A DNA stretch of 64,000 nt from positions 23,845-87,844 of the forward strand of contig DATDSF010000038.1 of the NCBI GenBank assembly GCA_035291345.1, written 5' to 3'. A program made the translations under genes and the position numbers. Under the pieces are notes generated by a model. The model was not told where the DNA came from. It worked only from the letters and a program-made list of their open reading frames with translations, and did no database searches. The first letter of the stretch is position 1; every line of letters begins with the position of its first letter. Of the stretch, positions 44,453 to 55,107 are shown piece after piece. The DNA is from Candidatus Nanoarchaeia archaeon (GTDB lineage: Archaea > Nanobdellota > Nanobdellia > Pacearchaeales > GW2011-AR1).

Positions 44453-47449
44453 ATGAGAACTCCACAACAATTTTACTATGATTTACCTCACTTACTTAAA
44501 TCAACATTTAAAGAATATAAGTATAAATCTTATGAAAAAGAAAAACAATCTAGAAGAGATAAAGCAAAGATCAATGAAAAAGCTCAAGAATCATACCTTA
44601 GTTTACTAGGATTTGAACCCACAGAATTTCATTTTGATGAAGAACCTTCAGTTTGTGATGGCTGTCCATTCTATAAAGATGCAAAATACCATAAGTTTTC
44701 TCCTTCATATGGTTCTTGGTTTAATCTTAATGCTGTTGATTCTCCAATTGAGTTTATTTTTATCACTGATAAAGGAGCATTAGTTCAACACGTCGGAAAA
44801 GCTTTAATGCTCACTAAAGGGAATGATGGTCAAAATTTTATTCAAGCATTAAATGACCTTGAGATGACTAATTATGCAATTACCTCTATACATTTATGTA
44901 GAGGTGAATCGAGTAAATTCAATAAAGATGCTTCAAATCATTGTAGACCTTATTTAGAAAATTTCATAATGCATATAACAGAACTAAATGCAAATCTTGG
45001 AGCAGAACCTCCAATATTAATTCTATGTGGTAATAATGCTATTGAACAAGTGACAAAAAAGAAACTAAAAGTGGATGGTCATCTTAATACAAAGTTTGAA
45101 TCAAAAGATTATAACTTCTTACCAGAACTTAATTTATCTTTCTATATAACTTACCACCCTTCATTTTTTAATCCTGGTACTAAATTTTATGATGAGTTAA
45201 AAATTCAGCTTTTTATGGATTCAATGGAGAATAGGCTAATTGGATTTACTCCTGACATTCCAAAAGGTACATATAAAATTATTGATAATATTAATGATTT
45301 TAAGTCTCTAATGTTAAGTATGAAGCAAAGCGAATTACTATCAACTGATATTGAAACATCTGGTTTTAATTATAAAGAATTTATAACTATAAAAGATAAA
45401 AAAAGAAAAGGTTATAAGGAAAGAGAATATGGTTCTCATAAAGATTTCATAATTGGTATTTCATTCTCAAATAAGCATGGAGAAGGTTTTTATGTACCTC
45501 TCTATGTTAAAGGCAAGATCTTAAAAGAATATGTAGATCATGATCCGGAATTAGCATACCTTGAAGATGAACAATTCTACTTCATTTTTGGTGATGACAT
45601 CGATGAAGTAATCTCACTTTTGAAAGATTTACTTGAAGATGAAAAGATCAAAAAAGTATTGCATAATGGTAAATTTGATGCTACTTTCTTACAAGTTCAA
45701 TTTGGAATAGTAATAAAGAATTTCTATTGTGATACAATGATTATGACATATATAATCAATGAAAACAAAGAAAAATCGCTTGATTTTCTATCAGCAAGAT
45801 ATCCAGATTTAGCCGGATACAAAAATGAAGTCTACAGTAATCTTACTGAAGAAAAGAAAGAAGTTGAAAACTATTCTGATATTGGATTAAATAAGTTAGG
45901 TATTTATGGTGCAAAAGATGCTGATGCTACATTACGAATATTTAATGAAGGCATGGAAGAGATTGATAAACTTGAAAAGAAATATCATGGAGCAGCATTA
46001 TTAAAACAATACTTATTTGATTTTTACATGCCTCTTCAAAAACATTATATGGATGCTGAAATTGAAGGAGTATACTTTGATAGAGAATATGCTACAAGAA
46101 CTGCTGAAGAATATAAAGATAGAATGGAAGAATTGGAAGAGAATATTTTTAAGCAAGTAAAACCTATTATTCCAGAACCTCTTGATGAATCCGGTAAGTT
46201 ATTTAATATAAATTCTTCTAACCAATTAAAGATAGTTTTATTTGAGAAGTTAGATTTTGAACCTGTAAAACCAACTAATGCTGCAATAGATAAAGGTCTT
46301 TATAAAAAATCAAAAGGAAAATATAACAAAGTCATTGACAGTGATGATGCTTCAACAGATCAAGATACATTAAAACAATTATTAGAATTCTCATATAACA
46401 AAGTTGAATCAATCAGTTCATCACCAGAAGATAAAGAAGAATATCAATTAAGAGCAACTTTATTAGAAGATATTCTTGAGTATAAGAAAAAAGCAAAAAT
46501 GATAAATACTTATCTTGAAGGTAAAAAATTATTATCAAGACTAGATGAATCGACTAATAGATTACATTTCTCAATGAAAGTAGTTGGCACTACATCTGGA
46601 AGATTAAGTTCAACCCCAAATGTACAAAATTTACCCAAGAAAACGCCTAAATCAAATATTAGAGGTATATTTGCCCCACCATCTGATGAATATAAATTTT
46701 TCTCAGCAGATCTTTCACAAGCAGAATTAAGATTAATGGCAGATCACGCACAAGACTTTAATATGTTAGATGATATTGAAGCTGGAAGAGACATTCACTG
46801 GATGGCAGCTCTTGATTTATTTTATCATGGACAAAATCTTGAATATGATTCTAAAGATCCTCAAATGAAAAGATATAGAAAACTTACTAAACTTTGTAAT
46901 TTTGGTGGTCTATATGGTGGTTCTGATGATAAAAAAGTTTCTTCAATTAATGAAAAACTTGAAAGAGGTGAAGAGAAAGTCGATTTAACATTAGCAGCAG
47001 ACCATTCAAAGTGGTTCTGGAGCCGGTACCATAGAACAGCTGAATTTCAATCTGAAGTTAGAGATTTTGCACTGTCCACAGGGTTCTTAATTTCAAAATT
47101 AGGTAGGATTAGACGATTACCAGAAGTTAATTCCACAAATAATGCTGCTTGGGAAGAAGCTTTTAGACAGGGTATTAACAGCATCATTCAAGGAGCAGCA
47201 AGTGATATTGCTCAATGTGGCTTCATGAGAATTAGAGAATATTTCAAGGATAATCAATTAAAATCCTGTTGTCTGTTCACTGTCCATGATGAAGCAGATG
47301 GATACTTACATGTTAATGAGATTGATATGCTTAAACCAATTATACCTAATTTAATGGTAGTGAAAGATACAAAATGGTTACCACTTGATAGAATTAAAGT
47401 TAAGTTAGAATCTGAGCTTGAAATATTCAAAAATAGATTTGGAGAATAA
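44453..47449 (+). CDS. family-A DNA polymerase with 3'-5' exonuclease and an N-terminal UDG-family-4-like domain
   Basis: Pol motif A FFSADLSQAELRLMADHAQD. Motif B RYRKLTKLCNFGGLYGG. Motif C FTVHDEADGY. Exo I LSTDIETSGFN. N-terminal ITYHPSFFNPG resembles the UDG family-4 HPS motif. Start at the ATG at 44453 after an AAGGA ribosome-binding site. Confidence 0.8.
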   Translation: MRTPQQFYYDLPHLLKSTFKEYKYKSYEKEKQSRRDKAKINEKAQESYLSLLGFEPTEFHFDEEPSVCDGCPFYKDAKYHKFSPSYGSWFNLNAVDSPIEFIFITDKGALVQHVGKALMLTKGNDGQNFIQALNDLEMTNYAITSIHLCRGESSKFNKDASNHCRPYLENFIMHITELNANLGAEPPILILCGNNAIEQVTKKKLKVDGHLNTKFESKDYNFLPELNLSFYITYHPSFFNPGTKFYDELKIQLFMDSMENRLIGFTPDIPKGTYKIIDNINDFKSLMLSMKQSELLSTDIETSGFNYKEFITIKDKKRKGYKEREYGSHKDFIIGISFSNKHGEGFYVPLYVKGKILKEYVDHDPELAYLEDEQFYFIFGDDIDEVISLLKDLLEDEKIKKVLHNGKFDATFLQVQFGIVIKNFYCDTMIMTYIINENKEKSLDFLSARYPDLAGYKNEVYSNLTEEKKEVENYSDIGLNKLGIYGAKDADATLRIFNEGMEEIDKLEKKYHGAALLKQYLFDFYMPLQKHYMDAEIEGVYFDREYATRTAEEYKDRMEELEENIFKQVKPIIPEPLDESGKLFNINSSNQLKIVLFEKLDFEPVKPTNAAIDKGLYKKSKGKYNKVIDSDDASTDQDTLKQLLEFSYNKVESISSSPEDKEEYQLRATLLEDILEYKKKAKMINTYLEGKKLLSRLDESTNRLHFSMKVVGTTSGRLSSTPNVQNLPKKTPKSNIRGIFAPPSDEYKFFSADLSQAELRLMADHAQDFNMLDDIEAGRDIHWMAALDLFYHGQNLEYDSKDPQMKRYRKLTKLCNFGGLYGGSDDKKVSSINEKLERGEEKVDLTLAADHSKWFWSRYHRTAEFQSEVRDFALSTGFLISKLGRIRRLPEVNSTNNAAWEEAFRQGINSIIQGAASDIAQCGFMRIREYFKDNQLKSCCLFTVHDEADGYLHVNEIDMLKPIIPNLMVVKDTKWLPLDRIKVKLESELEIFKNRFGE

Positions 47450-47450
47450 A

Positions 47451-47687
47451 ATGTCAAGAAAAGATAATATAGCAGACATAAGAAGCAATTTTATAGCAAA
47501 GACCTTTAGAGGCCAGAAAGTTAAAGCTATAAGTCCTGCAGGTATTTCTGGAGGATTAAGTCTTTCTTATGAAAGAGGTAAACAAGAAGGCATTTATATT
47601 AGCTATCGATTCTTAAAAAAGATTAATAAAGAAATTGCTACAAAATTATTTGATGCTTTAATATATGAAGATGGGAGAAAGAGGTAA
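47451..47687 (+). CDS. hypothetical protein
   Basis: ORF. Start at the ATG after a GGAG ribosome-binding site. Confidence 0.35.
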   Translation: MSRKDNIADIRSNFIAKTFRGQKVKAISPAGISGGLSLSYERGKQEGIYISYRFLKKINKEIATKLFDALIYEDGRKR

Positions 47688-47689
47688 AT

Positions 47690-47947
47690 ATGTCACTTAA
47701 ATCTGAATTAATTGAATATTTTAGTGAAGGTAGACATAATTATGACCAAGAAGAGATTAAAACTGTCTTATCAATTATAAAACGTGGGAATGATGACTTA
47801 AGTAATTATCAAGATTTAGATGGATTAGATAGAAATTTGATTTGTAGGCTTTTAGAAGATGATGAAAAAGGTATTGAGCTTTATAATAGAGTTAAAATTA
47901 AGTATGAACATAAAGATGATAGATTAAATAACTTATTTGATGAGTAA
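47690..47947 (+). CDS. hypothetical protein (85 aa)
   Basis: ORF. Confidence 0.35.
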   Translation: MSLKSELIEYFSEGRHNYDQEEIKTVLSIIKRGNDDLSNYQDLDGLDRNLICRLLEDDEKGIELYNRVKIKYEHKDDRLNNLFDE

Positions 47948-48230
47948 TAAAATGAATTTAAAAGAATATTCAAGAGAAGAAGTTTTAGAAATTGTAATAG
48001 CATCAATTCCTTTGCCTAAGCATATGGAGCAGATTAAAATAAGTGAGCGTCAAGAAGGTATCAGTTTTATCTGGTGGCAAAGTCACTATATAGTATCAAC
48101 TCAATTAAAAGTATCTATTATTGATGGTATTATGATTGGCGGAGGACCAAAAGCTATGCTAATGGAAGCATTAATTAAAGAGATTGCATATAAAAGAGAG
48201 TTAGCAAAATCTTTAGGATTATCACTATGA
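47940..48230 (+). CDS. hypothetical protein
   Basis: ORF. Confidence 0.35.
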   Translation: MSNKMNLKEYSREEVLEIVIASIPLPKHMEQIKISERQEGISFIWWQSHYIVSTQLKVSIIDGIMIGGGPKAMLMEALIKEIAYKRELAKSLGLSL

Positions 48231-48685
48231 GAGATTTAAATATGCTAGAAGTATTTAAAAAAATGTATGGGAATAATGATCCTAATCTTAATATAGATTT
48301 ATTACATTATCATGCGTGGAAAATGGAAGAGATGGTTCCATATAGAAGTGGTGCTACCACTGCTGAACTTATGAATCTAGTTAATGTAATTATGAATAAT
48401 AGTAATGAAAATATAATTATCATATCTGATCACTCTATAAATGATTTATTAAATGAGATTATAAGACTTTTTGATATGTATAGTATTGAAATCTTAAATA
48501 TTAATACATATGCTCAGTTTAAAATTCTCATTAAGCATCAAGGACATGTCTGCAGAATACATTGGATTAGACATGATAGACCAGAAAATATTAGAGGTAT
48601 GAATAAAGAATGGCCTATAGTACTGATTTTTAGAAATAGGATTGAAAAGATTCAATTTATTTATAAGATGGAGAGATTTTTATAG
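48227..48685 (+). CDS. hypothetical protein (152 aa)
   Basis: ORF. Confidence 0.4.
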   Translation: MRDLNMLEVFKKMYGNNDPNLNIDLLHYHAWKMEEMVPYRSGATTAELMNLVNVIMNNSNENIIIISDHSINDLLNEIIRLFDMYSIEILNINTYAQFKILIKHQGHVCRIHWIRHDRPENIRGMNKEWPIVLIFRNRIEKIQFIYKMERFL

Positions 48686-48697
48686 ATGAAACTGATG

Positions 48698-48718
48698 AAT
48701 TATATTTGTTTTAACAAT
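48698..48718 (+). promoter_or_regulatory. conserved promoter-like motif
   Basis: AATTATATTTGTTTTAACAAT upstream of 48741..49757. Confidence 0.45.
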
Positions 48719-48740
48719 TAACAAAAATAATTCGGGAGAA

Positions 48741-49757
48741 TTGAATATGTTAGACTTACAAGAAGATGATCATTTTTCTACAAAAAGCTATGATGAAGCT
48801 TTAGCTTATGCAGAAAAATCTACTGATTATGAAAAAGCCCAATTACTTTTTAGAGATTTGAAAATTACTGATAATGGAGAATTAACTCTTCAAGGAAATC
48901 CTTTCAAAATCTCTGAAAGCGGATTTATGAATCTGTGCTCAACTCTCAAAATTCCTTGGGGTTATGCAAAGATGGTTCCAACCGATCAACTAATCTTTGA
49001 TGTTAACAGGCTTTCAAAAGAAAGAGAACTTGACAGACTGGACACTTACTTCAAACCTGAATCTGAAACCATCATTGATATGAATGACAACTCACGCTTA
49101 ACAAACATTTCTAATTTTGCCTTCATTAATAAGATTAAGGAAGGTTCAAGGTTTATGTTCACCAATCATTGGTTGAAAATGGAAATCATACCTGAAAACG
49201 GATTAGAAGTTGCATCTGTGGGTGATATCCATAAAATTGGTTCTTCAATAATGCACTTCCCAACTTGTTCATCTGTAACTCAAGCTTTCATGGAACTTTG
49301 GACTTTGAGGTGTACAAATGGAGCAATTGCTCCACGTAGCATTGGAAGAGAAAAATTGAATCTTAAATCAAGAAATGATGTAAATACATTACTTGAAGCT
49401 TTCATTGAAAAGGTTAAAAAGATGGTTTTAAGTAAAGAAGAGCTTGAAAATGCCTTTAAATATCTTGATGAAAATATGATTGAGTTTGCAGCTTTGAAGA
49501 AAATTGATAAAAGATTTTCAAGAATTATTGGTGATGACACTCAGCTTCTTATGGGAAGCGCAATTTACAATGAGTATGCCATGATCAGTGAAAAATCTGA
49601 GGAAGATGAAGAAAGGTTGCTTACTCACTCACAATATGATCTCTACTATAATATTACTAATTATGGTAGTAATCTTACAAAAGATGCTGGAATTTCAAGA
49701 AAAGTTCAAACTTTTGCTGGTAATCTATTATTTAATGCTTTAGATGAAGCAGAATAA
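48741..49757 (+). CDS. hypothetical protein (338 aa)
   Basis: ORF. Promoter-motif copy upstream. Confidence 0.45.
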   Translation: MNMLDLQEDDHFSTKSYDEALAYAEKSTDYEKAQLLFRDLKITDNGELTLQGNPFKISESGFMNLCSTLKIPWGYAKMVPTDQLIFDVNRLSKERELDRLDTYFKPESETIIDMNDNSRLTNISNFAFINKIKEGSRFMFTNHWLKMEIIPENGLEVASVGDIHKIGSSIMHFPTCSSVTQAFMELWTLRCTNGAIAPRSIGREKLNLKSRNDVNTLLEAFIEKVKKMVLSKEELENAFKYLDENMIEFAALKKIDKRFSRIIGDDTQLLMGSAIYNEYAMISEKSEEDEERLLTHSQYDLYYNITNYGSNLTKDAGISRKVQTFAGNLLFNALDEAE

Positions 49758-49826
49758 ATAATGGCTTCCAATTGAACCTCCCGCTGTTGGAAGCCTAATT
49801 TTTAACTTACAGAAGGATAAAATTAG

Positions 49827-50045
49827 ATGAAAGAATTAGAATTATTTCATAGTTATTTAGTAAAAGATATTATCAATCAAGATAATGGTATTGAAAAGTT
49901 TCATGTGGGTGAAATGACTGTTACTTCTTATCACATAAGTATTATCAAAACTTCACTTGGACCTCATAATAATTTTTGGATTTTAAAAGTAGATTTTGAA
50001 AGTAATTATGTAATTATTGAGGATTTAGGAAATGGATCTATCTAA
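49827..50045 (+). CDS. hypothetical protein (72 aa)
   Basis: ORF. Confidence 0.3.
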   Translation: MKELELFHSYLVKDIINQDNGIEKFHVGEMTVTSYHISIIKTSLGPHNNFWILKVDFESNYVIIEDLGNGSI

Positions 50046-50997
50046 AATAGATATGAACTCAAATGCCCATATCATTGCTCTTTATGGTAAAGAAGAAAAA
50101 GGTTTACTAAATATAAAAAGATCTTATGGCTTTATATGGTATTCGGTGGGAAAAAAAGCAAAGATTATTAAAAGAACTGAATACATACTTGATGACAATG
50201 CTTTAATGGAGAAGGCATTAATAGAATTTTTCAATGTTTTTGAGTTGATAAAGCATAAAATGGTTACAAAGAAGCTTATATTCTCTATACCAGCCAATAC
50301 AGAAATTGACCCTGATTGTATGAGTCAGAATATTGCTCATGCCATAAGATTAGGATTTGATATTACATTTGAAGAGTCTCATTCATGGACACAAGAAATA
50401 ATAAGTGATGTTTACAAAGCTAATACAGAGTATAAAGAAATAAATGATTTTAATGATAAGAAAAGAATATTGTCTGTATGTGATGAATCATCAATAGATA
50501 AAGATCTTATTGATTCTGGATTTGAACTTCGTCAATATATATCTAAGCATGAATCTGGAATACCAGGAATTGAAAAGAAAATATTGTTCGTAGAAGATTT
50601 AGCTTCTCAAGATAAATATATTATTGAATCAAATATTATGTGGCCATTGTATACTGAGGAATTAAATGACTTAATGAGACGCACTTGCATGATGATTAGA
50701 GATAGTGAGATAGTAATAATGGTTTCTAGTATTGTGAACCCATCGGACGGCGAATTTATTGATGGTTATCATACTGCTATTTATGCTTTATGTACTTCAA
50801 TGAGTAAGAAAGTATTAGTTTATGATGTTGCTACTCAAAAATGGTATTCGGAGTCAACTTCTTCTAAAAGAGAATTAGTTAGGACATCAATTAAATCAGT
50901 CGCACAATATAATTTAATTGGATTTAGTTCTTTATTTAAACCCTATGCATTATGTAGAGAAACAGTAAAAAAATTCTTAAAAGAATTAAAGATGTAA
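50032..50997 (+). CDS. hypothetical protein (321 aa)
   Basis: ORF. Confidence 0.45.
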   Translation: MDLSKIDMNSNAHIIALYGKEEKGLLNIKRSYGFIWYSVGKKAKIIKRTEYILDDNALMEKALIEFFNVFELIKHKMVTKKLIFSIPANTEIDPDCMSQNIAHAIRLGFDITFEESHSWTQEIISDVYKANTEYKEINDFNDKKRILSVCDESSIDKDLIDSGFELRQYISKHESGIPGIEKKILFVEDLASQDKYIIESNIMWPLYTEELNDLMRRTCMMIRDSEIVIMVSSIVNPSDGEFIDGYHTAIYALCTSMSKKVLVYDVATQKWYSESTSSKRELVRTSIKSVAQYNLIGFSSLFKPYALCRETVKKFLKELKM

Positions 50998-51018
50998 TAT
51001 ATTTATTTTGTCAATTTT
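50996..51018 (+). promoter_or_regulatory. conserved promoter-like motif
   Basis: AATATATTTATTTTGTCAATTTT upstream of 51075..51656. Confidence 0.4.
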
Positions 51019-51074
51019 TTTCTACAATTAATTATAAATTTAGTATAAATTGGGTATAAGCTGGATATAAACTA

Positions 51075-51656
51075 ATGAGTCAACAAAGAAGTATAAATAC
51101 TTTTCGTTTTGGGGCTTTGAAAAACCAACCTGATGATATCTCTACTATTAAGCTTAAGCCAGTAAATATTGAAGAATTATTTGCTACTCATAATTTAAGT
51201 AAGCTCCATTTATATCTTGATGGTAATGATTATGAAATGGATATTGAAAATTACCTTAGAATTGGTAATATGAATAGAGATTCTGATGTTGACCTTGAGA
51301 AAAAAGCAGAAGAAATCAGTGCTATAAGATATACTATGACAGCATCTGAAGCTGATTTAGCAGAGCTAATTGAAGAACTAATAGATGAAATGGAATCTGC
51401 TAAAGCTTTCAAAATGAATCAACTAGCCTCAACTTTTACGAAACCTACTGATAAAATGATTTATAATCAATTCATCATGACCGAAGAAGGAAAAACTTTC
51501 TTAAAACAAAAGAAATTAATAGGAAACTATAAAAATTCACTTCATAGAATAAAAGGACTTCAATTCATTCTTGCTGAAAGAGTTAAGATTTTAGAAGGCA
51601 TGCTTGATAGAAGATATTTTACTAAAAAGGGAAAAGGTAAAGATGGCTCAATCTAG
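51075..51656 (+). CDS. hypothetical protein (193 aa)
   Basis: ORF with promoter-motif copy upstream. Confidence 0.4.
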   Translation: MSQQRSINTFRFGALKNQPDDISTIKLKPVNIEELFATHNLSKLHLYLDGNDYEMDIENYLRIGNMNRDSDVDLEKKAEEISAIRYTMTASEADLAELIEELIDEMESAKAFKMNQLASTFTKPTDKMIYNQFIMTEEGKTFLKQKKLIGNYKNSLHRIKGLQFILAERVKILEGMLDRRYFTKKGKGKDGSI

Positions 51657-51933
51657 TGTAGACCAGTATTTATTAGACCTTGAAAAGTTTAAACCAATCT
51701 TCAAGATACAAAACTTTTTTACTCTTTTAGACAGAAGAGATAAAGTTCTTGGTGCACCTTTCTCTGTTACAGCTAAAAATATTAATTTTGAATGCAAATA
51801 TGCAAGGAGACAAAAACTAACAGCTCATGATGGTTATGGTTACTTTTGTGTATTTGATGATCATATTGATGAGTTTACAACTACAGGTGCAAAAATAATT
51901 TCATGTGCAAATTGCTTAAATCATAATAAATAA
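51643..51933 (+). CDS. hypothetical Cys-containing protein
   Basis: Start at the ATG (MAQSSVDQ) with an AAAGG ribosome-binding site. C-terminal CANCLNH. Confidence 0.35.
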   Translation: MAQSSVDQYLLDLEKFKPIFKIQNFFTLLDRRDKVLGAPFSVTAKNINFECKYARRQKLTAHDGYGYFCVFDDHIDEFTTTGAKIISCANCLNHNK

Positions 51934-52108
51934 GAATTCTATATGAGAGACCCAGCAGGAAAACTAGTTTTAATATTCTTATTTCTTATTTCTTATTTCT
52001 TACTTTAATATTCAGGTTTGCAGAAATAAAGATAAGAGTTTATATCTGTTTAACACTAGTATTATTATTCTTTATCTTGAATAACTAACAATCAAAAGGA
52101 GGCCTTAA

Positions 52109-53236
52109 ATGCCAGAACCAGTAAAAAAACGTATGACCATTGGTACTACAGCACAACAACGGGAAATGAATCAAGAACCCGAAAATTATCTTGATGATCA
52201 GATTAAACTTGCTGAGGGTAATAACCTTCTTCGTATTGTTCAAGGCCCTTTCAAGATTAAGACAGTTTTCTATCCTTCTATTAAAGAAACAGAAGAGAAT
52301 AATGAGAAGTTTTATGCTCCTACATTGATTGCTCTTAATTTTCTTGAATCAGGTGGAGTAGTTGATACTCTCTTCTCAATTGAATCTATAATCCGCTCAG
52401 GATTAGGTGATAAAGGAGAAGTAGGTTGGAAACCACAGCTCAGATGGTGGTTCTTTGCATTAAATCTTCAAGAACGTGGAGAAAAGAAAGTAAGAGCTTT
52501 CAAGGCTACAAAAGGTATCAGAGATGATATCAAAAGTCTTGAAGAATCACTTGATCCACTTGATCCTACTTTCCTACTTAATGGTCCTTTCTTCTTGTAT
52601 CCAATCCTTATTAACAAGAGCGTTGACCCAACTAAACCTAAGAAATTTGGTACCAAATATACAGTATCTGTATATGATAATCAATGGAAAAGTCAAATTC
52701 CTGCTGATTGGTTAAATGCTACATCTGAAGAAATCATTGACAGTCTAGGTGTTGAAAAAATCTTCACTGAAGATGAAATTAATGCTATCAATTCTTGTGA
52801 AATTGATTTAGATGAGATTATTAAACCAATGAATGAACTTGAAATCAAAGAGAAATTGATGAAATTTCCAATGAATCTCAAGGGTTTGAAAGTTAATTCA
52901 GCAGATTTTTTCTATCCACAAGTCCCAGAATTTGAAGAACAAATCAAAACTTTAGGTCTTCCCACTGTTAAATTTGACTTTAAAGATTCAACTTCAAAGG
53001 TTAAGGTTGGTGCTCAATCATCCATTAAAACATCCGGTGATGAATCTCCAAGAAGACTTTCGTTAAGTAAAAAAGAGACTCCAGCTGAAGAGAATGTTGT
53101 TGACGCAGTTTATACTGATGTTAAATCTGAAACTCCACCAGCTGAAGTAGAAACAAAAACTAAAATTGAACCAAAACCGGCTGATGAAGCACCTAAGAAA
53201 CGTACTTTAGGTGGATTAAAGAAAAACAATCTATAA
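52109..53236 (+). CDS. hypothetical abundant protein (375 aa), possible ssDNA-binding protein
   Basis: Very strong AAAGGAGG ribosome-binding site. Lies immediately upstream of the RecA-like and RuvC-like genes. No diagnostic motif, so the SSB idea rests on position only. Confidence 0.3.
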   Translation: MPEPVKKRMTIGTTAQQREMNQEPENYLDDQIKLAEGNNLLRIVQGPFKIKTVFYPSIKETEENNEKFYAPTLIALNFLESGGVVDTLFSIESIIRSGLGDKGEVGWKPQLRWWFFALNLQERGEKKVRAFKATKGIRDDIKSLEESLDPLDPTFLLNGPFFLYPILINKSVDPTKPKKFGTKYTVSVYDNQWKSQIPADWLNATSEEIIDSLGVEKIFTEDEINAINSCEIDLDEIIKPMNELEIKEKLMKFPMNLKGLKVNSADFFYPQVPEFEEQIKTLGLPTVKFDFKDSTSKVKVGAQSSIKTSGDESPRRLSLSKKETPAEENVVDAVYTDVKSETPPAEVETKTKIEPKPADEAPKKRTLGGLKKNNL

Positions 53237-53245
53237 GGAACTTAT

Positions 53246-54217
53246 ATGGCTTTGAATAAAGAATTAAGGGATGGTCTTAGAGAATTGTTTCCTACTTATA
53301 GAGTAGCTAATGAATCAGTACCTGTACAGGTTATAAAGACTAGATGGCCATCTCTGAATGATATAGTTTTAGGTTGTGGCGGGATTCCAGTAGGACGTTC
53401 AATTGAGCTATATGCTCCACCTTCAGCAGGAAAGACAACTGTTGCAATTAATTTAATTGCTGAGTTCCAGAAACAAGGATTACTTTGTGCTTTTGATGAT
53501 AGAGAAGGTTCTTTCATGGAAGCAAAATACACTGATGGCGCCGGTTTAGATAGATCTGAATTAGTAATGATAGATTCTTCAACTGGGAATGATTGTTTAT
53601 TTCAATGTCAGTTAGCTATTGCTACAAATGCTTTTAATTTATACGTAATTGATTCTGTTGCTGCAATCATGCCAGAAGGAGCTTCAGTTGTTGATAATGC
53701 TGACGGTTTAAATATGAATGAAAAACTACAAAGAGCTAGTTTGTTAACTGGATTTTACTCACAACTCAGAAGTGGCTATTTCATTGGTAAACCTGGTACA
53801 TCTAAAAAAGATGGTACTTATAATCAAGAAAATATGATTGAAGCTGATAAGATTTACCAGATTAATGGTAAACCTAATAAGTTTCTTCATAAATTAACTG
53901 ATAAAATTACTACTCTTATCATGATTAATCACATGAAGACACGTCCTGGACAATCATTTGGAGATTCTACGACAACTTCTGGTGGTGATTCTGGTAAATT
54001 TGACGCTTCTATAAGACTAAGGATTACTCACAAAAAACGTTCTAAAAAGAAAGATAAATGGGGACGTCATGAGTATAAATTGGTTGAGATTAAAGCCGAT
54101 AAAAACAAATGTGCACCTCCTAATGGAGCAGCTTTATTTATGCTTTATTCAAATGGGCGTCTTGAAGAGTTTGATAAATCAGCTGCAAATGATGCTGATA
54201 TGGAAGACGTAGAATAA
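53246..54217 (+). CDS. RecA-superfamily recombination ATPase (UvsX/Sak4-like)
   Basis: Walker A YAPPSAGKTTVA. Walker B LYVIDSVAA. RecA-like core. Confidence 0.6.
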   Translation: MALNKELRDGLRELFPTYRVANESVPVQVIKTRWPSLNDIVLGCGGIPVGRSIELYAPPSAGKTTVAINLIAEFQKQGLLCAFDDREGSFMEAKYTDGAGLDRSELVMIDSSTGNDCLFQCQLAIATNAFNLYVIDSVAAIMPEGASVVDNADGLNMNEKLQRASLLTGFYSQLRSGYFIGKPGTSKKDGTYNQENMIEADKIYQINGKPNKFLHKLTDKITTLIMINHMKTRPGQSFGDSTTTSGGDSGKFDASIRLRITHKKRSKKKDKWGRHEYKLVEIKADKNKCAPPNGAALFMLYSNGRLEEFDKSAANDADMEDVE

Positions 54218-54265
54218 TCAATTGAGCCAGTATTTCTACTGGCTCTTTATTTATAAGGACTTTTT

Positions 54266-54949
54266 ATGAAAATTCTTTGTTTAGATATTGCTTCTAAAAC
54301 AGGATTTGCTGTATTTAATTATAATTTTAATGAAGATTTTGAGCTTACTCTTATTAATAAAGGCGTTTTTGACATGTCAAAAGCTTCACCTCTTCATAAA
54401 AGATATAAGCCCGGTTTAGAACATCCACTTGACTTCATCAATTTCATTGACGCACAAATGGACCCAATTGAGGCTTTTATATTAAAAGAAAGACCTAATA
54501 TTATTGTGGTTGAGCAGACTAACAAAGGAAGAGATCGTTGGAGACAGAAATTACTTGAATGGATGCATAGAGAACTGATCTGGAGAATCATGAGCATAAA
54601 TGAAAATGATAATGCAATACCACTAAAAGAAGATGGGAGTATAGATGAAATTAAACTCTATTACTTAGATACAATGGAATGGAGAAATATTTTAGGTATT
54701 AGGGTTGGAAAAGAAGAAAGAAAATCAAATAAGTCAGCAAGAAAATTAAGGGCAGAACTTAAAGAAAGAAAAGCTGCTGGAGAAGAAGTATCATTTAAAG
54801 GGGTTGAGGTTATTAGAAATGCTAAAAAAGTAACTATTGATTATGTTAATAGATTATATGGATTAACCCTAAAAAAGAAAGACGATGACATTGCTGATGC
54901 AATATGTCTAGGTCTTGCAATTGTAAGAAAACCAGGAATAAAGTTATGA
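54266..54949 (+). CDS. RuvC-like Holliday junction resolvase
   Basis: N-terminus ILCLDIASKTGFAVF (RuvC first catalytic Asp). C-terminus DIADAICLGLAI (RuvC DAxDAxAxA). Confidence 0.65.
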   Translation: MKILCLDIASKTGFAVFNYNFNEDFELTLINKGVFDMSKASPLHKRYKPGLEHPLDFINFIDAQMDPIEAFILKERPNIIVVEQTNKGRDRWRQKLLEWMHRELIWRIMSINENDNAIPLKEDGSIDEIKLYYLDTMEWRNILGIRVGKEERKSNKSARKLRAELKERKAAGEEVSFKGVEVIRNAKKVTIDYVNRLYGLTLKKKDDDIADAICLGLAIVRKPGIKL

Positions 54950-55107
54950 AAAAACATATTAGGCGTATTATGCTATCTTCAGTTTTAATTGTTGCATCAT
55001 TTTTAACTTCATATGCAAAAGATATTTCTGATGACACAAAAATAATAGTTGCTACATTAGTTTTGTGTACACTTGCTATATTACATAATAGAGGTTATCA
55101 TGAGTGA
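54946..55107 (+). CDS. small membrane protein
   Basis: Two hydrophobic helices. AGGAA ribosome-binding site before the ATG at 54946. Confidence 0.3.
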   Translation: MKKHIRRIMLSSVLIVASFLTSYAKDISDDTKIIVATLVLCTLAILHNRGYHE

